This document shows, one piece after another, positions 26,342-38,300 of a DNA stretch of 64,000 bases. Source of the DNA: Laetmonice hystrix (taxonomy: Eukaryota). The stretch is taken from contig OZ249448.1 in assembly GCA_965235115.1 (NCBI GenBank), forward strand, positions 14,880,001 through 14,944,000. Direction: 5' to 3'. A program made the position numbers and the translations under genes. Each line of letters starts with the position of its first letter. Positions within the stretch are counted from its first letter, which is position 1. Under the pieces are notes generated by a model, which saw nothing but the letters and a program-made list of their open reading frames with translations, searched no databases and was not told the origin of the DNA.

Positions 26342-29300
26342 CTACGAATCAAACTTAGGCAGGTCCTGACTGTATCCGGATTTGCCTTGGAGCCAGTAAG
26401 TCGTCAGGAGGCCCTTTCCCTTGAAATATAAAAGTATAGTCATTGGTCTGTGTCTGCCAAATCTTTGATTTTTCAGTTGCTTATTCTAATGAGAGAACAT
26501 GACGTTACCACAGCCAAACCTCATTTTTACTCTCTGTACCTCTGTAGGTCCTATACCATGCATGATCATTGGACCCGGCTTTTTTAAATTTGAGATTTTG
26601 CTTAAGGTTAAGGTGATAGCTTCTGATTGGTCAGTCTGTTGTCATCAGCCAATCAGAATAATTAAGCTTAATATTAAGTAAGATCTTAAGTTTTCAAAAA
26701 CCGGGCCCTGTTCTTTGAGACAGAAAACCAGGTGTTACCTTAACATTGACTTCCCCACGCAAGACCAAATTATAGTCCCCGTGCTCCTTTAACGCTGTAT
26801 ATGTCTGTTTACTGACATGGATGCCGAGGGCTACGATAATAGAGAGATTACAGTCAGTTATTGGTAACCATGACATGGATGCCGAGGGCTACGATAAGAG
26901 AGAGATTACAGTCAGTTATTGGCAACCATGACATGGATGGCGAGGGCTACGATAATAGAGAGATTACAGTCAGCTATTGGTAACCATGACATGGATGGCG
27001 AGGGCTACGATAAGAGAGAGATTACAGTCAGTTATTGGTAACCATGACATGGATGCCGAGGGCTACGATAAGAGAGGGCTTACAGTCAGTTATTGGCAAC
27101 CATGACATGGATGCCGAGGGCTACGATAAGAGAGAGATTACAGTCAGTTATTGGTAACCATGACATGGATGCCGAGGGCTACGATAAGAGAGAGATTACA
27201 GTCAGTTATTGGTAACCATGACATGGATGCCGAGGGCTACGATAAGAGAGAGATTACAGTCAGTTATTGGCAACCATGACATGGATGCCGAGAGCTACGA
27301 TAATAGAGAGATTACAGTCAGTTATTGGCAACCATGACATGGATGGCGAGAGCTACGATAAGAGAGAGATTACAGTCAGTTATTGGTAACCATGACATGG
27401 ATGCCGAGGGCTACGATAAGAGAGAGATTACAGTCAGTTATTGGTAACCATGACATGGATGGCGAGGGCTACGATAATAGAGAGATTACAGTCAGTTATT
27501 GGTAACCATGACATGGATGGCGAGGGCTACGATAATAGAGAGATTACAGTCAGTTATTGGCAACCATGACATGGATGCCGAGGGCTACGATAAGAGAGAG
27601 ATTACAGTCAGTTATTGGTAACCATGACATGGATGCCGAGGGCTACGATAATAGAGAGATTACAGTCAGTTATTGGCAACCATGACATGGATGCCGAGGG
27701 CTACGATAATAGAGAGATTACAGTCAGTTATTGGCAACCATGACATGGATGCCGAGGGCTACGATAATAGAGAGATTACAGTCAGTTATTGGTAACCATG
27801 ACATGGATGCCGAGGGCTACGATAATAGAGAGATTACAGTCAGTTATTGGCAACCATGACATGGATGCCGAGGGCTACGATAATAGAGGGCTTACAGTCA
27901 GTTATTGGTAACCATTATAAGATGCAGGAATTAACAAAGGGTAAGAGAAAACGGTGACAACAATTAGGTCGGGCCCGAGAGGGGAAGCTCTCAATAAAGG
28001 GGAACTTGTTTACTAAGGGCTCAGTGCGAACTTGGCGCCAAAATTTGAGACATTTTAACAATTTAAACCCCTGTATATTTTAGCCTGATTCTATGGTTTG
28101 GAAAAATACATACGCTTTCCACTGGACTCCATCCTCGCGGCCATGTTGACGGCATCGCCGAACAGACAATACCGAGGCATGATGTTTCCAACGACACCGG
28201 CCACACACGGACCTGTGTGGAGACCTAGGGGGAAAGTACAAAAACTCAGACCTCCACAATAAACTCAGTGACACTCTTAAGACTTAAACTCAGCTACTTC
28301 TCTCATATTTCGCCGCAAGTTTCAGGGTACCCACCAAACAGTGATCAGAAGCATCAAGTTTATGTTTTTTTTCTCACAATTGACGTGATCTGATCACGGT
28401 ATTTATTCTGTGGCGAAGGAAGTACAAAATTTATAGAGAGAATGGAGCGCAACACGAAGATGGCCGCCTTTCAGGTTGTTGGCGGGAATAAGACATCATA
28501 ATTATTCTATGCGCATAGATCCCAACAGAAAGCAATTCTCCTGGCCTCAGAAGATGTTTAATCGAGCTTCAGTTCTGTGTGTGAACCCCCACGTTTCGTT
28601 TTATTTCGAGAGGGCATCATTAACGCACCATGTAGGCCTACAACCCCATTTCTTCCTACGAATTATGCCCAATAGGCTGCATTTCAAAATTAAGCGATAT
28701 TGACTATAAAGTGTTAAAATATGTACATAGAAACTTACGTTTCTTACTGTTATCATTATATGCATATATCATTATGAAATATATGTATTTTATTTCATCT
28801 TCAGGCTCCCAACATAACTATCATACCAAGAATAATTTAGACATTATTGTTTCCTTTACTACTTGGGGGCAGTACGTGACTAACCGATTCTGAGCGCTAG
28901 TTGTGTCTTTGGTCTGTGACGTATCTTGAAGTGGGTAACAGAACTGAGCAGGTCCAATGCGCAGTTCGCCACTTCCGCCGAATGACGGTTGCCATTCCGG
29001 ACTGGAACGCCGCTCACCACCATATAGGCGTCTCCTATTGTCTCAACCTTTATAATGGAGTGTATAAATGAATTGAACATCTTGTCCAAAAGGAATTAAC
29101 CTTTCATGCGTAGGAAGTAGCCAAGGCAGGGCCGTAGAGCCAAACATTGCTAGGGGCCATCGGCGTGCGAGGGTCGCATGTCGAGGTATATTAAATTTTA
29201 AAAGGGCAACTAACCCAGAATATTACCAGGGGGACTGGCTCCTTGCTATCCCTCCCCAATATGGGCAGACTCCTACTGCCTTGAAAGCTAGGCTACTTTA

Positions 29301-32300
29301 AGCGGGGTTTCCCCCTAAAACCTTTTACCTCCATCTGGCCCTATATAGCCTTTAAAATGTTCTAATATTGCCAACCCATTTGGCCGACTGTATACTCCTA
29401 ATGCGACACTAATTCGATAGGTTGATATGATTGGCCACAGAGGCCACTCACCTTATAGACATCGTGTCGCTCTATGATCTCGTCGAAGCAGGAATACAAA
29501 TCATTGAGGAAATCCACAATCTGAAACGGAAACGAAAATCCATTGTTAAGAGGCCCACAGTGGAGGCCACTTTCATACAAATCCGCTATAGCTTTTTACG
29601 CAGACAACAGCATACCAAACTCTTACGAGGAAACTATAGCGTTTACCTGCATCGGCGAGCTATCCGCTGCTATGTTTGTAAAACCCACGATATCGGAAAA
29701 GTATATTGTGGCCTGGTCGTAGTTTTCCGGCTTCACAAACTCTCCTAGTTTGAGAGCGTCGGCAACAGTTCTGTCAATACACCATCATCAGAGGGTAACA
29801 ATTCGAGGAACGTAAAGCTATAGGTTGCGGGGAAATACCAGTGGCGTATCCGGGGGGTGGGGTGGGGTGTTCCAATATCCCCTTGAAAAAATTACTATAT
29901 TAAGGTCATTTCTGTAAAACAGGAGTCTACAAATTGCATTATTTTAACCAAAGGAAATCTTCATATTTCCAAACAAGACGTTCTGAGATTGCAATATTTA
30001 ATGTCTTTTTTTAATTACCCAGAGGAGCATGACCTTAGTCCATTTCTGAAGTACCTAAACTTATGCCCCCCCAACCAATTTCTGGATACACCCCTGAATA
30101 CATCTATAGGCAAATTACTCTATGGAGTTATAGTAGGCCTACATATGATGGCCCAGGCGGTAAGGCTAATTTTACAGCCTATAGTTATAGATGTACGTTT
30201 CTTGACAAAGTTCATGCATTGTTACTCACGTCGGAAGCATGCGATATAAAAGACGGTCTGTTTTCTTTTTCTCCTCTACCAGTTGTTGGGTGCGTTCCTC
30301 CACAATCTCCTCCAAATTATAGGCATATTTCTCCATCATATTAAGTACGTTGTCGATGATGTTGATTCTGAAAGCATAGAAATGCTATAAGCTACGGATT
30401 GGCTATACTACATCATGTATAACCCCTAATTTAACCACAGTTTGCCTTTTTTTTATTTTTGGCAATTGCTGCCCATAGATTTTTACCTTTCTATGGGCCT
30501 ACGTACCCTCTATTATCAACTTTCCCTTGTGTACTTTCCCCCTTGTGGAAATCCTGGATCCACCTCTATTTTAGGTTATTTTTCTGATTTTTTAATATCG
30601 AAGGTAGCTAGACATTAGGTGTTATACTCACTCCCCCTTTGTCATTCTTCTTAACTGTGATCTTATTGTGAGGAAAGATGGTCGTTCCTCTGTGTCTTCA
30701 CTCCAACATTTCCGTATCAGATGTACCAATGGTTTTCCCATTTCACAGGAGTCGGAGAGCGGCGGTCGGTATGGGATACTTTCACCGTTTCTAACTCGGT
30801 TAACAATATCTGGAAGGAGCAATGGATAGATTAGATCCGACATTTGCCAGCTGGAAAAAAGGTACGTAGTTGCGATGTAAGATTTATACATTACATGTCT
30901 CATGTGGTTTAGAGACGGACAATATAGATAAAATATCTTTCCGGGCTCGTTGCATGTGGGAGCAGATTTCCAAAATTGGGATTTTTTTATCCCGAGGACT
31001 CGGGTTGCGTTGGGATTCGGAATTTTCAAGAAAAAATTGGGATAATCCCGACGAAATCTGGATGGCTGTACACTTTGAAGCCACAACACTAACTTTTAAA
31101 ACTTTTTCCCAGAGTCCTTTGCTCAAATAGCCTACGTGTCATGTAGTGAACAAGTTTAAAGGTTTTTTCTCGCCCTGAATATTGAGCTGAAATACTGAAA
31201 TAATTAACCCACTCACTTCCGGTCACTGCACAATGTGACCAAGAGCACCTTTCACACCGCCTTTTTTTCATTTTTTAGGGGTGGGGGAGGGTGGGGGTCT
31301 TTTGGAGAGACATTGGGTGTGTGTATATAATATACACACACCCAATGTCTGGTTCGCACTGAACGTTGCTCCTACTCCATGTCACGATCCACTGTTGATG
31401 ACTGCTACTCACACGAAAAGTTGACCGATCTTCCTCTGGCATCCCTGGTACTAACATCGTAAGCTGACAATGACTGATTAAAGTTTTCATCCTTACTCTG
31501 TCTGAGAGAACTCTGTTTACTTCCCAGCGGTTCTTACCTCTCGGTGTCACGTTGTCAAACGTATAAGGCTCCGATCGTTCTATAATCTCGTAGCATATTA
31601 TCGCGAAACTATAAACGTCCCCCTTCTGCGTTCCTTTCCGTTTCGGCACGTTTTCTCGTAGAATCTCGGGGGCCGTCCACAGTTTTCCTAGTCAATGACG
31701 TCATACATTTGAAGATGATAAGTGAGAGCATCGACATACACCTATCGTGTTTATTCACACAGCCTTTCCAAATGTCCGGCCACCGTATTAGAAAGCTTTC
31801 ATAGTTAATCAAACGGTTTCGTGACCTTTGTGTTATTATACCGGGGATGCTGGGGAGTAGCATTCCAATTTACTGGTTGGTCACGTGTCGAACCTCTGCA
31901 ATCATGACTTTTGAGGCATCAACAGAGCTTGCCTAACGTACCTATTTGGACAGGTACCTTGACAACCGCCTCTCATACATAGATGCTAACCGTCACGAAA
32001 AAAAAAATTCTGCAATAAATTGCCCTACGATAGGCCTAAGTTAGTTAGTCGATTCAGCATGGGCCCAGTGTGGAGGGGCGATTTTTTTTGGTTATTCATT
32101 TTCAATAAGAGCTTTACAAAGGGAATATCATCCCACCATCCAGGATATAACCTATACGGTTAAGATCTCACATCCACTGCACCCAATGCGCCAAAGCATG
32201 ATTTGAACGAATCTCAGGAATGAATGCACATCGATCAAGTTGTACCAAGGCAGACGTGGATAAATTTGTGCACATGTAAACCCCCAAAGTATAAAAAATA

Positions 32301-35300
32301 GGAGCCATTCCTAATCTTTGTCAGGGCAAGGTTTTTCACAGTTTCAATATTTTTTAAGTACTCACGTCTGAACTGAATCGATTCGTCTTGATACTTCTTG
32401 TCGTCAGCTAAAATTAACATTCGAATGATCACGACAGATACTAGCACCAACACGGCATCTCTGTCTGTTATATTTACGGCCTACTTGCACTTTTTAAAGA
32501 ACGCCAGAGGAGAAGTCAAAGGAAATACTAGCTCTCTCTGAACTTTCAATGTTGAATATGGTCTGCCATATTCCCTGTGGTGTTTTATCATCGGCCTGGC
32601 CAAAGGTACCTGCAATCTCCGTTGACATGGCTGTAGACACCGTATTGCTACCCACACCTCCCCAATCAAGTTCCCCTTTCTCATTCCTTAGTGACACTGG
32701 GAAACGTTCAAAGCCAAATGGAATCATGTTGGCACTCATAGGTTTTACCGTTATTATTGTTCTCACCATTATTATACTGAATGTTATATCTGTGATCAGC
32801 TAGCACCATCAATATCTGACCCCCACCTCTAACACTATTTCCACATCAACAAGGAATCTATATTACAACGCTATTGCTATTTCTACAACGCAGACAACCA
32901 TTCTCCTAAATCCTGAATATGTAATTAAGTTGGCCGCCGTTGGATCTTACTTTTAAAAACCTCATGTTCGTTGAGCCCGGAATCCTTGACGAGTAGGAAG
33001 GTTGGAAGGCCATAATCCGAGATCTGCATCAATGCACATGGTATGAAGTTTTTAGTACATGGTCATCGCATTACGGTAGGAGTTGCCGTCATGCCATGAA
33101 TTTTCACTTTGGCACATTGCTGGAACTCAAAACAGCGCCATTTCGATCGCTTGAGAGCATTTTAAAGAAGCGCCCTTGCGTCTTGTTCCCTGGATAGATG
33201 CGTCAGAATTAGCCGGTCGCAATGTGGACAAGGTGCATTCATAACCTAATTGTTATCAGAGCATAATGTATCTTGCCAGAGTCTGCCTATGAAAAATATT
33301 AACCGTATACCCAATGCATCATAGAACTCAGAGATCCAACTATTACGAGTATATAGATCTATACATTTCTTGTAAGTTATTTCTGCGTTTTCCTTTTTCC
33401 CCTCCGATTTAGATATCTAGATTTAGATGTATTTTCTTTGTGGTAAAACGAATATTTTACAGGAAGTTTCCAAGAAGTATTGTTTTTCAGTGATGTGCCA
33501 TATGGTTATATGCATGTGCTAATTCCATAGTCTTTCTACGTACCTTTAAAGTCCATCTTGCATCTATCAAACAATTTGCGCTCTTCAAGTTGCCATGGGA
33601 TTGCAGGTTACTGCTGTGCATGTACAGCATTCCTTTGGCCATGTCCGACATGAAGGAAAACTTGAAGGCCGTATCTAGCTTCACCGCATCATTTTCTAAC
33701 ACATCCTATTGAATAAATTATCCATGCATGTACATACAACAGCAACATATATTTCTCTTGCCTTATATACCAAAGGCTGCGATACATAATAATGTAGCAA
33801 AAGAAATGTTGTTTGATTTTTTTGCGTGTTTATGCATGCTGAGAGAGGGTATACCTGTGGTGAGCCGTCATTTGAAACAGAAAGAATTAACAATCTGGTA
33901 GGCGAGGATACAGGACATGGGCAAGGAGGGGGGGGGGGGGCTTGTTGTATAACACGGGAGACGTAATTGTCTTGGGGTCAGGTGGGGTCTTATATAGACG
34001 GATGTAATATCCGAAGGCGAGGTTTCATGCCATTGTGCCTTTATCTCCTGTTGACTAACTACAGAGTAGATAGCCAGGTCGGGTGCTGTGTACCTCAAGT
34101 ATAATGCCCGCAGTGATTATGGACACTACATCCTTGACGTATTAGCTCACCTGATAGGCCGTGGGCCCCAGATACTAAATGTGGCTAGAAATCGATTTTC
34201 GTGACCATACCCGAGAGACTACTTGAAATTGGAAGTTTCTAGACAATTCCGACCTGTGGAACCCGAATTTGATTGTTGTCAAGTCCAAATATTGCACAAT
34301 ACGGAGCTAGATAACTTTTTGGGTAAAAATCTCAATTTTTGAAATTAGCTCACCTGAGTCCGAGAGGTCCTTCATATGATCCTTTGTGCGGGCTGTCATC
34401 ACACCTCGGCCTAATTTACACACCTCGCTTTCATACACAATTACGGCCTAATTTACACACCTCCCTTTCATACACAATTACGATGTTGGAAGTATAATGA
34501 GGGATGCCGGGGGGATGGCGGGGTGGAAGTATTATAAAAGAAAAGCCAGGTTTCACTGCGAACTTGTTATTACATTTTCCTTGGTTACTATCAGAGACAA
34601 CGCCCTGTCGGTCACTTTACCTTACCTGTAAGCTTCCTTTGTTGCAGTAGTGCCAGATGAGACAAAGGTTTGGTGGGTCGATGCACGCGCCAATGAAGAT
34701 GTTTAGATTTTCGTGGGCAATGTCCTTCATCTGGGCAAGGGGGGTAAGAACAGACACGTGCTTGTTCAACCACAGTCAATATTTTCCTTTTTCGTGTTTA
34801 CAAGATTGGCATTCTGGTCTGTTCATAAGCACGAGTTCAAATTCACATTTAAGGACTACTGTGACTTCACTTAAAATGCAATCAGTTGACCTCCAGGGAG
34901 TCAACGGCCAAATATTTCGAGGAGAGGGTACTGAAATCCATGCTATGCATGCATTTGAAATATGCCTTAAAGGGGCATATTATGAGGAAATGTGAAAAAT
35001 CTGTATTTTAAAGAACTTTTGCTGTTTTCATAAAGAGATCCTTCATTAAAATTGCTTGGTAAACAAAGACAGACTTATCAGTTTCATTTTGCGTGAGAAA
35101 TCGAAGTTTATAAAGCTCCCTTGCCCGCTTCTCTGCCGATTTCGTAAAATATTTTTTTGGGTGGGCACTGGCATTCTGATGCCAGACGATCGAGTGCAAC
35201 TGATGAATTTTTTTACAACTAAGCAAAGCACGTGACTAAGCACATGCAGAGAGTGCACACACAGGATGTGACGCAGTAATCAAATACACGGGCTGATGGT

Positions 35301-38300
35301 AGCTTGTCTACCAAATTATGGCGGGAGATGTGCTATCGGGAGAAATCTATAGGTTTGGTCGTATAGAACCTACTTGTGCTGCATACGCAGCGAAAACACG
35401 TCGGAGGACAAAATGCTGTGGTAGGATTATTTACTTGGATCCCCAGTACACGGTCATGTTGGATAATTGCCGGAAATCCTCAAAAACGTGTTTCATAGTA
35501 TGCCCCTTTAACACGACCAGGCCATTTTAGCTCAACGACAACACAGAGTAAGAACAACAATGTGATTTGACATCAAGTACTAACGTCGTTAAACTCCATC
35601 ATGAGGTCACGTGAGACTTGAATGTGTTCCATGTTCACTGCCTTAATGGAGACGATTGCCCCTCGGTACATGCCGACTCGGGAAAACAGTTGACCCGCAC
35701 CCGTGCCAACACTCGGTACGGACTGAAACATTTACAAGTCCATTACCCTAGTCGTTCATCGTATGTATAAAATACACTAGACGTCAACCTCTTTGTTACA
35801 ACGAAGTACAATCAACGCCACTAGTACCTGCGAGAAATGACGTCAGAACTGTGAATCTTTGACGACAACCGGGAGATGATAATATTAGACCCTCTTCTCC
35901 AGAGTAAAACAAAACACAACCGAATACCTGCATAAGATCTCTCGACGCTGCCGTTGACCCTGGGAACTTGGCCACACCAGAACCATTGCTGTGTGAGACG
36001 GTAGACTGAAATCACAATGGTTTGTCTCACAGAATCGACCGGACTCTCTAAAGTCTACCTCCTCATCACCGACTTACTTTTTATGGGACTTATTAGAGGG
36101 ATTCTACACGTATAGTCGTATGGGAAGAATGGATTGTGTATGTGTAGGAACGTGTCTCAACCCCTCACATAATATCCGTCCGACTCACATAGGAAGGTAT
36201 AGGTGAGCTATGGCGATATCTGCGAACCGCAATGCGGACGTAATATTTGGTTGAAAGTCCACGAATTATTTGAGACTGTTTTTGAGACATGGTGTAGGCC
36301 CTTGGACCATATGGAATCCAATAGAATGTAATGGTAATATTATAATATGGCTTACCGAACTTCCATCCTTGCTCCGGACTGCCTTGAGAGGCTCGATGTC
36401 CTCCCACGATACTCGCCACATCTGTTCACTTAGACTCGTCTCAAAACGGACCTTCCTGCAAACGTAGGCCACCCAACAGTAGGTCAAGTCGGATCGGGTC
36501 GTACTGAGGGTAGGACCAGTGTTCGCAAGTCGGATCGGGTCGCGCTGAGGTAGGTCCGAGTGTTCGGAAGTCGGATCGGGTAGCACTGAGGTATAGGACC
36601 AGTGTTCGCAAGTCGGATCGGGTCGCACTGAGGTAGGACCAGTGTTCGCAAGTCGGATCGGGTCGCACTGAGGGTAGGACCAGTGTTCGCAAGTCGGATC
36701 GGGTCGCACTGAGGGTAGGACCAGTGTTCGCAAGTCGGATCGGGTCGCACTGAGGTAGGACCAGTGTTCAGAAGTCGAAATGGGTCGCACTGAGGTAGGA
36801 CCAGTGTTCGGAAGTCGGAATGGGTCGCACTGAGGTAGGACCAGTGTTCGGAAGTCGGATCGGGTAGCACTGAGGGTAGGACCAGTGTTCGGAAGTCAGG
36901 ATCGGGTAGCACTGAGGGTAGGACCAGTGTTCGGAAGTCAGGATCGGGTAGCACTGAGGGTAGGACCAGTGTTCGGAAGTCGAAACGGGTCGCACGGAGG
37001 TAGGACAAGTGTTCGGTAGTCGGACCGGATTGCTCTCAGGTTGGACCAATGTTTATTTCAGGTTGGACCAATGTTTATTTTGAATACGTCCTCATGCGTT
37101 GTTTGAGTATAATGATTTTAAAACCCTTGAAATACATGGGAGGAGAAACCTTTATCCATCTGCTCCTTACCTGTAGGTAAAGATGGAGATGGCCACGCCA
37201 GCTGCCAAAGCGATCAGTGGCACCAGCACCGACAAGGCAATGGCCCAGTCCTGCACTGAAACACCGACAAACAACGTGGGTTGGGAAATATGGATCTATA
37301 CCCAAGGGAGACGTCACGTCCTACCCATGGGCCTAAATCGATTACATTTGATGGACTAAAGATAATCGCAGAAAGATACCGCACCCACCCTCCTAGAGAC
37401 ATTCAACTGCACTCTCAGTCTAGGCACTCCTACCTTCCTCGTCCTTGCATCTGTCGTGAAGAAAGCCACAGCGGGGAGTGTCTTTGGGCGCGTTGTTCCA
37501 GCCTACCGCCCCTCCTGGCCAGCGTGGTTCCACCAAGCCGTGCCTGTAAATCTTATAACAAAAGTCATCATTGCATTACACCTGTAACCCTGCTCATACT
37601 GATCATAACCCTCACTTACAGGCTTCTACACCGTAATGTGTGAGGCGGTTCTTGGAAAACAACTTTGTCACTACTAAAGGAACATTCTCTCCTTGTTTTG
37701 GACAGAGACCGCCTGAGTGGAGAGTTAGGAATTCGAGTAAATCAAACATTTATATAGCAAGGTGACGTTGAGCTGCCGAGTCCCACCTTGCTGGATTCCT
37801 GCTTCTCACCATCCTATAATATATAAACGTTCCTCAATCTGTAAAGTTGGCCAAAACATGGAGATATTTTTCAGCTGAAAATAACTGCTTCATTATATAA
37901 TCCGAATATGATTTAAGGTTAATTCGAAGTTTTGATATGATTTTTGAAGCCTTGTGGAAGTAAGTATAGAGTTAAATATGCACGTAATAATCTACTCTGT
38001 AACCGCAGTAGCCCTGAAACCTTGGGATGAGTTCAGTTACACGAGACAACGGAAGACGGCGGAGACTGGGTTCTTGGTGGGCATTAACTAAGAGCTTACT
38101 TCTCAAGCTCACGAGCTGTAAATGTCCGCGAAAACCCAACCAATAAACCGGACCCAGAACTTTCGCTTGGAGTAATCTTTCAGATTTCAGATTTTTAAAA
38201 AAGGTCCCCAAAGATGCCCTCTATGATCTAAGTATATACTCGTTCAGTAAGACGCTGGAAACGTTTCCGGTTTGGTTTTTACTTATCTTGTTAATTCTAC

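Noticed and set aside
26814-27915. CRISPR-like regular array
   Set aside because: The units are contiguous with no unique spacers, there are no cas genes, and the context is a eukaryotic intron.
10749-28113. Functional link between the NMD nuclease SMG6 and the neighbouring stop-generating splice array
   Set aside because: SMG6 acts in trans, so adjacency gives no mechanism. I treat it as coincidence.
32549-32803. Plus-strand ORF with a hydrophobic C-terminal tail inside a cyclase intron
   Set aside because: It is short and antisense, has no ATG start or other support, and the hydrophobicity reflects AT-rich att/ata repeats.
36266-37049. Repetitive ORFs ([11 protein letters not shown].. / RTLVLPSV..)
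   Set aside because: They are translations of the 40-bp minisatellite. Only the part matching exon 36455-36356 is real.
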